From an uncultured Planctomycetota bacterium (GTDB taxonomy: Bacteria > Planctomycetota > Planctomycetia > Isosphaerales > Isosphaeraceae): a DNA stretch of 64,000 nt. This document shows, piece after piece, positions 40,877 through 51,286 of this stretch. Below the pieces are notes generated by a model that worked only from the letters and a program-made list of their open reading frames with translations, was not told where the DNA came from and did no database searches. The translations under genes were made by a program, and so were the position numbers. How positions within the stretch are numbered: position 1 is the first letter of the stretch; every line of letters starts with the position of its first letter. Location of the stretch: the NCBI GenBank assembly GCA_963737655.1, contig CAVTTN010000002.1:6464001-6528000 (forward strand), written 5' to 3'.

Positions 40877-42811
40877 GCATCCCGGTGGATTCGAATCTTT
40901 CGCTGGAGCCGGTGCCGGAGCCGAAGGGCCTGGGCCCGATCGGGCTGGAGGCGGCGGCGGTGGGCGTCGGCCTGGTGGCGGGCCTGGCCGAGCTCGGCTG
41001 GGTCGTCCTCCGCCCGGCCCTGGGCCTGCCCGTGGCGATCGACGCCCTGAGGATCAACCGCTTCGTGGCGTGGATGGCCCCCCTCTCCGACGCCGTCCTG
41101 TTCGGGATCGCCGGCCTGGTCCCCGCCCTGATCGCCCTGAGGTGGCCGAAGCTCGGGCGGAAGGTCGCGGCCGTGATGCTCGGCGGCCTGTTCGCCTGGG
41201 CGTTGATCGAGCGGGTCCCGGCCACCCTCCACTGGGCGGCCCGGCTCGCCCTGGTCGCGGGCCTGGGCACGCAGCTCGCCCGGCTCGCGGGGAAGCACCC
41301 GATGGCGACCGCCCGGGCCGTCCGGTTCGGCGTCCCGGCCCTGGTCGCCGCGATGGCCGTCCTCGGCCCGATCGTCCATTTCCGCGAGGTCGGCCGAGAG
41401 GCCCGGTCGCTGGCGGCCCTGCCCCCGGCCGATCCCTCGTCGCCCGACGTCTACCTGATCGTCCTGGACACCGTCCGGGCCGATCACCTGAGCGCCTTCG
41501 GCTACGACCGCGACACCTCGCCGAACCTGGCGAGATGGGCGGATCGGGGCGTCCGGTTCGAGAATGCCAGCTCCACCGCCCCGTGGACCTTGCCCTCCCA
41601 CGCCAGCCTGTTCACCGGGATGTGGCCCCACGAGCTCGGCGCCGACGAGTTCCACGCGATGGGCCCGTCGCCCCGGACCCTCGCCGAGGTCCTGGCCTCG
41701 CGAGGCTACGTCACGGCCGGGTTCGCGGCGAACTCGTACTACTGCAACGCGGCGTACGGCGTCGCCCGCGGGTTCGCTCACTACGAAGACTGTTATGAAA
41801 ATGCGACGATTTCGCCGGGCGAGGTGCTCCGCGCCTCGATCCTCGGCCGGAAGGTCGCGTCGGTCGCCTCGCGATGGACCGGCTGCCCTCCTCCCGAGGC
41901 GTCGGAGGACAAGAACGCGTCGAGGCTGACCGACGACGTGTTGAGCTGGGTCGACCACCGAGGCGGCCGGCCGGCGTTCGTGTTCGCGAACTATTTCGAC
42001 GCCCACGCGCCGTACTTGATCCCCGAGGGCGTCTCCGCCCGCAAGTTCGGCCTCGTCCCGGCCTCGCCCGACGAGGTGAAGCTGCTCCGCCGGTGGCACC
42101 AGGGGGACAAGCGGAACATCACGCCGAGGCAGGCGGAGCTCGTCCGCGACAGCTACGACGAGTGCCTCGCGTTCCTCGACTCGCAGCTCGGCCGGCTCCT
42201 GGACGAGCTGGAGAAGCGGGGGCGGCTCCATCGGTCGATCGTGATCGTGACGTCCGACCACGGCGAGGAATTCGGCGAGCACGGGCTGTACGGCCACGGC
42301 CGGAGCCTCTACCGGCCCGACTCCACGTCCCCCTGGTCGTCGTCGGCCCCTCGGTGCCGAAGGGCGCGAGGATCGGCGACCCGGTCAGCCTCCGCGACTT
42401 GCCGGCCACGATCCTGGACCTCCTCAAGGCGCCGGACCGGCCGAATTCCCCGGGCGGTCGCTGGCGGCGGCGTGGTCGGGAGGCGGATTGGGGCCGGCCC
42501 CGATCCTGGCCGAGGTGGCCCACAAGCCGAAGTCGAAGAAGATCAGGAACCGGCCCCCGGCGTGGCTCGGGCCGATGTGGTCGGTGCAGACCGGGGCGAT
42601 CAAGTACATCCGCAACGCCGACGGCCGCGAGGAGATGTACGACCTCGCCGCCGACCTCGGCGAGACCCGGAACCTCGCCGGGACCGGCCCCCGCCCGACG
42701 GTCCTGGAGGGCCTCCGCCTGACCCTGGATCGGCTCCGAACCGGGACCGACCTCCCGGCCGAGGCGAGCGTGGCCTCCGGCGAGGGGAACGCGGACATCC
42801 TCCGGCGATGA
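40873..42811 (+). CDS. Membrane-anchored sulfatase-like paralog; frameshifts ~42320 and ~42450-42490
   Basis: LDTVRAD, PWTLPSHAS, TSDHGEEF; HVPL and YIRNADGREE continue in other frames. Confidence 0.87.
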
Positions 42812-42821
42812 GATGAGAAGA

Positions 42822-42898
42822 CGTCGGCCTCATGCCAGGCACCCCCGGCCCTTCTCGGATGAAGAGAAGCGCCGGGGATGCCGGACATGAGGCCGACG
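42822..42898. terminator. Long hairpin between convergent sulfatase and rpsA genes
   Basis: cgtcggcctcatg...cttctc / gagaag...catgaggccgacg. Confidence 0.6.
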
Positions 42899-42906
42899 AA
42901 CCGGCG

Positions 42907-44750
42907 TCAGGCGTCCTCGCCTTCGGCCTCGTCTTCGGCTTCGTCTTCGGCCTCGGCGTCCGCTTCGGGTTCGGGCGCGGGTTCGGCCGGCTCGGCGGTC
43001 CCGCCGAGGCTGAACAGCGGGCCTCCCCCGCCGAGTCCGCCCTTGAGCTCCTTCGAGGGCGGGGTGGTCGTCGAGGCCGCGGCCTCGCCGTCCTCGCCCT
43101 CGATCTCCTCGCCGTCGGGCCCGGACTTCTTCCGGGAGAGGCCGATCTTCCGCTCTCCGCGATCGACCCGGAGGATCTTGACCTCGATCTCGTCGCCGAC
43201 GTTGACGACCTCCTCCGGGCTATCGACCTTGTGGTCGGCCAGCTCGGAGATGTGCAGCAAGCCTTCCAGGCCCGGCTCCAGCTCGACGAACACGCCGAAG
43301 TTGGTGAGCTTGGTGACCTTGCCCGTGACGACGTCGTTGGGCTTGTAGCGGTCGGGGATGTCCGTCTCCCACGGGTCCTGCTTCAGCTGCTTCAGGCCCA
43401 GGGCGATCCGCTTGCGCTCCTGGTCGACGTTGAGGACCTGGCAGACCACGCGCTGGCCCTTCTCCAGCAGCTCGTTGGGGTGGCCGATCTTGCGGGTCCA
43501 GCTCATGTCGCTGATGTGCAGGAGGCCGTCGATCCCTTCCTCGATCTCGATGAAGGCGCCGTAGTTGGTCAGGTTGCGGACGGTGCCCTCGATCATCGTG
43601 CCGGGCGGGTACTTCTGGGCGACCTGGTCCCACGGGTTGGCCTGGGTCTGCTTCATCCCCAGCGAGATTTCCTGCTTCTCGCGGTTGATGCCCAGGACGA
43701 CGACCTCGATCTTGTCGCCGATGTTGACCAGCTCGCTCGGATGGTTGATCCGCTTCGTCCAGGACATCTCGGAGATGTGAACGAGCCCCTCGATGCCTTC
43801 TTCCAGCTTCACGAAGGCGCCGTAGGACATCACGTTGACGACCTCGCCCAGGACGCGGGTGCCGACCGGGTACTTGTCGGCGACGTTCTCCCACGGGCTG
43901 GCGCGTCTTCTGCTTCAGGCCCAGGGCGATCTTCTCGCGGTCCTTGTCCACGTGGAGGACCATGACCTCGATCTGGTCGTCGATCCGCACCATGTCGCTC
44001 GGGTGGTTGATCCGGCCCCAGGACATGTCGGTGATGTGCAGCAGGCCGTCGATCCCGCCGAGGTCGACGAACGCGCCGAAGTCGGCGATGTTCTTGACCG
44101 TCCCCCTGCGGACCTGCCCGACCTCGATCTCGCCCAGGAGGTTCTTCTTGAGCTGCTCGCGGGTGATCTCGATCAGCTTGCGGCGGGAGACGACGATGTT
44201 GCGCCGGCCCTCGTCGATCTTGAGGATCATGCACTCGATGGTCTGGCCGATGTAGTCGCCGATGTCGCTGGGGCGGCGGATATCGACCTGGCTGGCGGGC
44301 AGGAAGACGTTCACGCCGATGTCGACGAGCAGGCCGCCCTTGATCTTCTTGGTCACGAGCCCGGCGACGACGTCGCCCTCGTGATACTTGGAGATCACCA
44401 TCTCCCAGGCGCGCATCCGGACGGCCTTGCGCGCGAGACAGGACGATCTCGCCGGTGTCGTCGTCCATGCCCTCCAGGAGGACGTCGACGCTGTCGCCGT
44501 GCTGGGGGGGCGCCTCGCCCTCGTCCCACTCGTTCAGGGGGACCAGGCCCTCGGACTTGTAGCCGATATCGACGACGACCTGGTCGCCGACGGTCTCGAT
44601 GACCTTGCCCGAGACGATCCCGCCGATCTCGAAGCCCTGGCCCCCGCCGAGGGCGTGCTCCATGGCGTCGATGTCGCCGTCGGTGGCGACGGCCAGGGCC
44701 ATCTCGTCGTCGCTGATGTCGAATTCGCGGAGGAGATTGCGATCAACCAT
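42907..44750 (-). CDS. rpsA: 30S ribosomal protein S1; frameshifts ~44430 and ~43900
   Basis: MVDRNLLREF, DIGYKSEG, FLPASQVD and repeated S1 motifs (FGAFVDLGGIDGLLHITDMSW etc.) spread over three frames. Confidence 0.95.
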
Positions 44751-44956
44751 GAAAAGGTTCGATTCCACCCGATCGAGGGCCGTCCCCAGCCGCGGCGCGG
44801 GCGGTCCGGGAGTCGTCGGCCCCGTCGGCACGAGGGCAAGACAGAGAACGGGCCGATCCCCCGCGCCCGGGGACGGCCACGACCGATTGCGACGCAATTC
44901 CTCATTGTAACGCCGCCGGACGGCCGGGCCCAGGGCAACTGGCGTTTTCCGAGAGG

Positions 44957-45052
44957 CCCGGATGGCATGCTAACGTCCGCGTGAGCATGTCTTCCGATCG
45001 AGCGAAGTCGGGCTGGAGACATGCTCACGCGGACGTCAGCATGCCACCCGGG
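44957..45052. repeat. REPIN-like doublet (GGGTGGCATGCT family)
   Basis: Arms at 44957-44992 and 45017-45052, each palindromic. Confidence 0.85.
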
Positions 45053-45689
45053 CCCGACCGTCGTCGTCGGGCGACCGCGAAGGATGGGCAAATCGGGCCG
45101 ATCACGCCGACTCTGACCTTGAACGAGAAAATCATCAAATCTGTTAGGAAATTCATGTATAAGGACCGTAAATTCCCTGAAATTGACCGTCGCGAGGAAG
45201 TTGACTACACTTTTTGTCGAAAAAACGCGAAAAGGGCGGAAATCCTAGGGGATTCGCGGCGCAACGGGGCGTGCGCGGGCAGGTCGGCTCATGTCCGAAC
45301 GTCTCGATAAAAAAGTCGCAAAGCCCATCGAATCCCGGGGATGCGGCGGACCGCCTCGCGACCCATTTGGCCCCAATCTCGCACTTTGGCCTGCACGACT
45401 CTGGGCGCGAGTTCGATCCACGATTTCACAATCGATCGCATGATAGCGTGGTGAATCGGATCATGAATCATCCGCGGCCGACGGATTCGGTGATCGCCGG
45501 GCGGCCGGCTTTCGATGATCCGGGATGAGCGGCCGGCGTGGCCGGGCGACCCCCGTCTCGGGGCGAAGCCTCCTCGCCGATCGCGGAACGCCTCGCTCAC
45601 GAAAAGTTCATTCGACGGCCGGCGCGATCGCGGCCAAGATCGAGAGGAGTTCCCGATCGCCCCGCCTCCTTTCGGATGAGACTCGCGCC

Positions 45690-46670
45690 ATGACGAAGAC
45701 TCGCCCCGTCTCGATCGGCTCGCTGGCCCTGGCCCTGGCCTTTTTCGGCGGGACGGGGCGCGCCTCGGCCCAGGCGGCCCCCCGGCTCTACGTGCCCCCG
45801 CCCGACGCCGAATGGACGGCCGATGCCGAGGTCGCCGAGCCCCGGCCCGTGACCGGGGATGGCCTCGGCGCCGCCCAGGGGATCGCGGTCCGCGACGGCA
45901 AGGTCTACGCCTATGGCGACGTCCGGTTCCCTCCGCCCCGCGTCGGCGTGATCCGCGAATATGACCTCGACCTGAAGCCCACCGGCCGCGCGGTGTGGCT
46001 CCGCAAGGACGGCAAGCCCCTCCTGCTCCATCCCACCGGCCTGACCTGGGACGACCATTTCGGCACGTTCCTGGGCGACACCGTGGACAAGAAAGCGGTG
46101 ATCTACCGGCTCGACTGGGACAAAGCCTGGGCCGAGGGGAACCTGGACCACGCGGTCCTGGACGTGGTCGAGGACGACGCGGCGGTCAACGGCTGCCGGC
46201 CGGCGCTGGTCACGGTCAACGGCCGAACCCTGTTAGCCACCGCCGATTACGGCGACGTCCGGCCCGAGCTTCGGCTCTACGACCCGGACCTCCTGCTCAA
46301 GGCGAAGAGGTCCAGCGCCCCGGGGGTCGTGGCGGCCCGGGTCCTGGCCGGTCCGTGGAACCAGAACCTCCACTGGGACGCCCAGACCCGCCGCCTGACC
46401 TGCGTTCAGAACGTGATCGAGGGCCGAGGCTGGCGGCTCGACGTCCTGGATCTCGACAAGGCGCTGGCCGACGGCCGGGCCTCGGGGCCGGGCGTCCGGG
46501 TGGCCGTCGAGACGTTCCCCCCTCACGACGAGCTCGAAGGCTACTGGCCGCTGGATCGCCGAAGGTCGCTGCTGATCACCTCCAGCCCGACCCACAATAT
46601 CCTGATCGGCGAGATCCGGGCGACGCCCCCGAGGCCATCCCCTCCGCCTCCGCCGGCCGCGGGGCGATGA
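45690..46670 (+). CDS. Secreted hypothetical protein, probably beta-propeller-like
   Basis: Signal peptide ASAQA; AAQGI, HPTGLTW, ELEG strand repeats. Confidence 0.75.
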   Translation: MTKTRPVSIGSLALALAFFGGTGRASAQAAPRLYVPPPDAEWTADAEVAEPRPVTGDGLGAAQGIAVRDGKVYAYGDVRFPPPRVGVIREYDLDLKPTGRAVWLRKDGKPLLLHPTGLTWDDHFGTFLGDTVDKKAVIYRLDWDKAWAEGNLDHAVLDVVEDDAAVNGCRPALVTVNGRTLLATADYGDVRPELRLYDPDLLLKAKRSSAPGVVAARVLAGPWNQNLHWDAQTRRLTCVQNVIEGRGWRLDVLDLDKALADGRASGPGVRVAVETFPPHDELEGYWPLDRRRSLLITSSPTHNILIGEIRATPPRPSPPPPPAAGR

Positions 46671-46758
46671 GCCGGCGAGGCCGACACCGGGCCGTCTCCT
46701 GTTCGCGTCGGTCGGGATCACGAGGACTGGCCCCGGGTGAACCCGCCCGGCGCCGCTC

Positions 46759-46787
46759 TTGACCGAACGGCCGAACCGGATTAGCCT
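46759..46787 (+). promoter_or_regulatory. Sigma-70-like promoter
   Basis: TTGACC-N17-TAGCCT upstream of a small lipoprotein gene. Confidence 0.55.
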
Positions 46788-46831
46788 CCCGGCCCGTCCC
46801 GGATCGGGCGGGCCGAAGGAGGCGGGCCATC

Positions 46832-47050
46832 ATGTCGCGACGGATCGCTCTGGGCTTGGTGGGTCTGGCGCTGATGGCCTCGGCCGGAGGCTGCCAGACG
46901 ATGCAGACGCCCTGGAATCGCGACCCGGTGCCTCGGGAGGAACCCGAAGACCCGGCGGTGATCGCCCGTCGCGAGCGGATGAAGACGGCCGGGATGCTGC
47001 CGGGGCTGTCCCGGGGCGGGTTCGCGGCCGAGTCGCCCGTCTCGCCCTGA
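46832..47050 (+). CDS. Small putative lipoprotein
   Basis: AAGGAGG RBS; signal peptide ending AGGC; followed by a hairpin at ~47094-47142. Confidence 0.75.
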   Translation: MSRRIALGLVGLALMASAGGCQTMQTPWNRDPVPREEPEDPAVIARRERMKTAGMLPGLSRGGFAAESPVSP

Positions 47051-47619
47051 CCCCGGCCCGCCCGCGCGACCTCGAACGCGAAGAAAAGCCGAGCGCGGCC
47101 CGCGGGGCCTCTCCGTCCGTGGAGAGGGGTCCCGCGGGCCGTGCGGCCTTCCCGCGAGGGTCCGCGGCCGGGCCCAGGGCCCGGACGCCGTCCCTCGGAA
47201 ATGAGTGCGATCCCGGCGCGCGCGTCCTGCCGGCTCGGCATCGACCCATCTTATTTTTCCAGCAATACGATCTCGGCCAGGCCCGGCGGCGGTGCCGGGG
47301 CGAAGGGAGGGGCCGGGAGGTCTCGGGACGGGTGGGGGACCAGGCTCGCGGCCAGCGTCGGGGCCGCGTTCCCATGTCGGTGGCCAACATACGACCGGCC
47401 CCCGGCCTCGTCAACCCTGAGCCGTCGGAGTTTTTCCGACGGCCGGGGCGGGGCCGTCGCTGGCGGAATACCGACAAGGCTTTACGGATCGGCAAGATTT
47501 TCCGTTTCGCCGACTTTGGCCCGATCACCCCCCGGCCCGACCAGTGGCGGAGGGCCGGGACCCGCGATAGACTGCCTTCTGGGAACGCCTTCGGGGACGA
47601 CCAGCGGAGCGGAGACAGG

Positions 47620-48306
47620 ATGAGGAACGTGGTCACGATCGACGGCCCGGCCGGGGCGGGCAAGAGCACCGTGGCCAGGCTCCTGGCCGATCGGCTCGGA
47701 TGGCGGCTCCTGGACACCGGCGCCATGTACCGCGCCGTGACCCTGGCGGCCCTCCGCGCCGCCGTGGACCTGGCGAGCGACGAGGCCCTGGGCACGCTGA
47801 CCGCCCGGGTCGAGGTCCGCCTGCCTCCCGGCCAGGTCCTCCTGGACGGCGAGGACGTGACCGGCCTGATCCGCTCGGTCGAGGTCACCCGGGCCTCGCG
47901 ATACCTGGCCGACAGCCCGAGCGTCCGGGGGCAGATGGTCCGGCTCCAACGGGCCTTCGCCGCCGAGAACCCGGTGGTGGCCGAGGGCCGCGACCAGGGC
48001 ACCGTCGTCTTCCCCGACGCCTTCCGCAAGTTCTTTCTCACGGCGACCCTGGAAGAACGGGCCCGCCGTCGCCTGGCCGAGTTCCTCGCCCGGGGCGAGA
48101 CGATCGACGCCGCCTCCGTCGCCGCCGACCTCCGCGACCGCGACAGCCGGGACGAGGCCCGGGCCATCGCCCCGATGAAGCCCGCCGCCGACGCCCGGCT
48201 CGTCGATACCACCGGGATGGACCTCGTCGCCGTGATCGACCTGCTCGAAGGAGAGGTTCGAGCCGCCCGAACCGGGTCCCCGACCCCGGAGCCCTCTCGG
48301 CCATGA
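47620..48306 (+). CDS. cmk: Cytidylate kinase
   Basis: IDGPAGAGKST, LDTGAMYR, EGRDQGTVVFP. Confidence 0.97.
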   Translation: MRNVVTIDGPAGAGKSTVARLLADRLGWRLLDTGAMYRAVTLAALRAAVDLASDEALGTLTARVEVRLPPGQVLLDGEDVTGLIRSVEVTRASRYLADSPSVRGQMVRLQRAFAAENPVVAEGRDQGTVVFPDAFRKFFLTATLEERARRRLAEFLARGETIDAASVAADLRDRDSRDEARAIAPMKPAADARLVDTTGMDLVAVIDLLEGEVRAARTGSPTPEPSRP

Positions 48307-49007
48307 CCACCGCCGAGGCCCCACCCGCCCGCCCCGGGGCCGTCGCCCCCTCTCGCGACCGCTCCCTCGTCAAGATCCTCTGGTATCGGCTGATCCAGCA
48401 GGTCGTCACCCAGGTGGTCTCGGTCTCCGGCGGAATCCGCGCCACCGGCCGGGGGGATTTCCCCGCAAGTGGCGGCGTGATCTTGCTTTCGAACCATTTG
48501 AGCCATCTGGACGTCTTCGTCCTCGGCCTGCTCTTGCCCCGCCCCCTGAACTACGTGGCCCGATCGACCCTGTTCGTCCCCGGCCTCGGCTTCCTGATCC
48601 GATCGGTCGGCGGGTTCGCGATCCAGAGGGACGGTCGGGGGTCGGAGGGGTTCAAGGAGACCCTCCGCCGGGTCCGCGCCGGGGGGATCGTGACCTTCTT
48701 CCCCGAGGGCACCCGGTCCCCCGACGGCGATCTGAAGGCCCTGAAACCCGGGATCGTAGCCCTCGCCGGACGCGCCGGGGTGCCGATCATCCCGGCCGCG
48801 ATTGCCGGGACGTTCGAATCCTGGCCAAAGTCCCGGGCCTTCCCCCGTCCCCACCCCATCCGGGTCCACTACGGAAAGCCCATCTTCCCGGCCGATCTCA
48901 AGGGCCTCGACCCCGACTCCATCGTCAAACTCCTCCAGGACCGAATCCTCGAAAGCCAATCCATCGCCCGGGAGGGACTTCGCGGCGACCTGGGGGCATT
49001 CGGGTAA
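48303..49007 (+). CDS. plsC: 1-acyl-sn-glycerol-3-phosphate (lysophospholipid) acyltransferase
   Basis: NHLSHLD, FFPEGTRS; ATGA overlap with cmk. Confidence 0.92.
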   Translation: MTTAEAPPARPGAVAPSRDRSLVKILWYRLIQQVVTQVVSVSGGIRATGRGDFPASGGVILLSNHLSHLDVFVLGLLLPRPLNYVARSTLFVPGLGFLIRSVGGFAIQRDGRGSEGFKETLRRVRAGGIVTFFPEGTRSPDGDLKALKPGIVALAGRAGVPIIPAAIAGTFESWPKSRAFPRPHPIRVHYGKPIFPADLKGLDPDSIVKLLQDRILESQSIAREGLRGDLGAFG

Positions 49008-49322
49008 GTACAGGACATGCGTGGACCCCGTGAATCGTCCCGAATCGCCCGCAAAACTCCCCCGGAATCGCGAGCTTTCTCCCCCATCCCAATCCTCCAC
49101 GAAATTGCGGTTGGCGGATTTTGGGGGGTCGGGTAAAGTCCCGACGATTCGCGGCCGACCGGACCCGGCGGCGTGCTCCCAGAGTCTCCCGGCTCGGCAC
49201 CACGGACGGGCCGGGTCGAAGGTCGGTCCCGGCGGCGGTCTTCTCTCGGGCCGAGGGATCGACTCGCCTGCCTTCCCCATCGAGGAGGCGGCGCGAAGGT
49301 CGCTCGGCGAAGGAGCTTCTCG

Positions 49323-49730
49323 ATGCGACAGGCCCAGCAAACGCGGATCGCCGCCCTGATCGCCCTGGCCGGGCTGACCTGGGGGAGCGGATGCATCCAC
49401 AACCACTATTACGGCTATCCCGCCGGCCAGGCCGTCTCGGCCTGCGACCCGCAAGTCGGCACGATCACCGCCTCGATCCCGGCCGTCGGCACGGTCTGCG
49501 AGGTCTCGCCCGGCTCCTCCGGGGCGATGGTGGCCCAAAATACCCCGATCTCGGGCCGGGCCACCCCGATCCTGAGCAACGCCAGTCGCTCGCCGGGCCG
49601 GGTGATCGTCAGCCAGCCCCTGGGCGGGAACCTGGCGGGCCGGAACGTCGCGTGGAAGCGCCGCGACCCCGAAAGCCTGGCCACCACCCGCACGGAAGGG
49701 GCCTATGAGGACGGGACGGAAGTCCGCTAG
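49323..49730 (+). CDS. Hypothetical lipoprotein
   Basis: AAGGAG RBS; signal peptide ending GSGC. Confidence 0.7.
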   Translation: MRQAQQTRIAALIALAGLTWGSGCIHNHYYGYPAGQAVSACDPQVGTITASIPAVGTVCEVSPGSSGAMVAQNTPISGRATPILSNASRSPGRVIVSQPLGGNLAGRNVAWKRRDPESLATTRTEGAYEDGTEVR

Positions 49731-49781
49731 ACCCCGCCGATCCCCCATCTCCCGAATCCGCCCCGGAATGCCGGAGCCACC

Positions 49782-50654
49782 ATGCCCCGCCTGGATTTCC
49801 GAGACGCCCGCTGCCTGGTCACGGGGGCCTCGACGGGCCTGGGCCGGGCCCTGGCCGCCGAGCTCGTCCGCCGAGGGGCCCGGGTCGCGCTCGTGGCCCG
49901 GAACGAGGCCCGCCTGGACCAGGCCCGAGCGGCCCTGATCGCCTCGGGGGCACCGGCCGCCGCCGTCCTCCCCATCGTCGCCGACATCACCTCCTCCGAC
50001 GACCGTTCCCGCCTTTTTGAAACGATTGACCACCATTTCGGAACCGCGCTGGACCTGGCGATCAACAACGCGGGCCTCGGCGCCTACGGCCGGTTCGAGA
50101 GCCACGACGAATCGGTCGCCCGCCGCCTCTTCGAAACCAATGTCTTCGGCCTGATGGAGATCGCGCGGGCCGCCCTGCCCCGCCTCCGCCGAGGACGGCC
50201 GGGCCGGACCCTGGTGAACATCGGCTCGATCGTCGCAAGGCGAGGGCTGCCAGGACGTTCCGAATACTCGGCCAGCAAGTTCGCCGTGACCGGCTTCACC
50301 GAGGCCATCCGGGCCGAATGGGCCCGGGACGACATCCGGGTGACCCTGATCAACCCCGGCTTCACCGCCACCGAGTTCGAGAAGAACCTCGTGGTGGACA
50401 CCGCCGTGTACAAAACCCAACAACGCCGAACGATGACGGCCGAAGCGGTGGCAAGAGCCACGCTCAAGGCCATCGAACGCGGCAAGAACGAGGTCACGCT
50501 CTCGCCCGGCGGCCGGCTGATGGTCCTGACCAACCGCCTCCTGCCCCGATTCGTGGACTGGGGCCTCTCGCGATGGACCAAACGCCTCTACAACGAGGCC
50601 GAAGCCGCCGAATCCCGACCCGAGCCAATTGCCGGGGCCCCAACCCACCCTTAG
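49782..50654 (+). CDS. SDR family NAD(P)-dependent oxidoreductase
   Basis: TGASTGLG, NNAG, YSASK. Confidence 0.95.
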   Translation: MPRLDFRDARCLVTGASTGLGRALAAELVRRGARVALVARNEARLDQARAALIASGAPAAAVLPIVADITSSDDRSRLFETIDHHFGTALDLAINNAGLGAYGRFESHDESVARRLFETNVFGLMEIARAALPRLRRGRPGRTLVNIGSIVARRGLPGRSEYSASKFAVTGFTEAIRAEWARDDIRVTLINPGFTATEFEKNLVVDTAVYKTQQRRTMTAEAVARATLKAIERGKNEVTLSPGGRLMVLTNRLLPRFVDWGLSRWTKRLYNEAEAAESRPEPIAGAPTHP

Positions 50655-50667
50655 AATAAGCCGCCCG

Positions 50668-50739
50668 GGGCGATTAGCTCAGTCGGTAGAGCCCTGCTTT
50701 ACACGCAGGATGTCACAGGTTCGAGTCCTGTATCGCCCA
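50668..50739 (+). tRNA. tRNA-Val(TAC)
   Basis: Acceptor GGGCGAT/ATCGCCC, D arm, anticodon stem CCTGC/GCAGG with loop TTTACAC, T arm ACAGG-TTCGAGT-CCTGT; CCA not encoded. Confidence 0.97.
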
Positions 50740-50809
50740 CTGGAAGTCTTTATTTAACAAGGGTTTGCAATTATTTCGGCGAGTTCTAGTCCGCATGCCT
50801 TTTCCGCAG

Positions 50810-50975
50810 GATGATGCGACCGCGGCGCGGACCTTGTCCAGGCCCATGGCTCCGATCAAGGTTACCGACTCCCTTGACGGCGCTGCTGACGACGCGACCC
50901 GTTCCCCTCGCGGGTCTCGGCCTCCAGGCGTCATGGCCGATGTGACCCCGGTCTCGTCCACGAAAAGAAGCCCTG
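50810..50975 (-). pseudogene. IS630-family transposase fragment
   Basis: FVDETGVTSAMT..GRDPRGERV..ESVTLIGAMGLDKVRA matches the first-Asp region of IS630 DDE domains; the rest is missing. Confidence 0.78.
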
Positions 50976-51286
50976 ACGGGACATCGAAGCCGATCGAGGC
51001 CTTCCTGATCGAGGATCGAAGCGGTCCCTCCAGGTCAAGGGTCAGCCGAATCGGTCGGGGCCCGGAGTTCGAGTGGCCGGTGATCGTCAGGACGTTGAAA
51101 AGGAACCGGACGGCGAGTTTCGGTCGAGAGACCTCACGGTGATCGCCATCACATCCGAGAGGCGGCAGTCAGAGGCCCCCCTCTTTCGCAGGGTGCTCCG
51201 CAACGGAACCGAACAACAATGAGGGGCCGGAACGCTCGATAGGAAGCGTCCCGGCCCTTGCGATAAGTCCGGCACGTCGCGAGATT

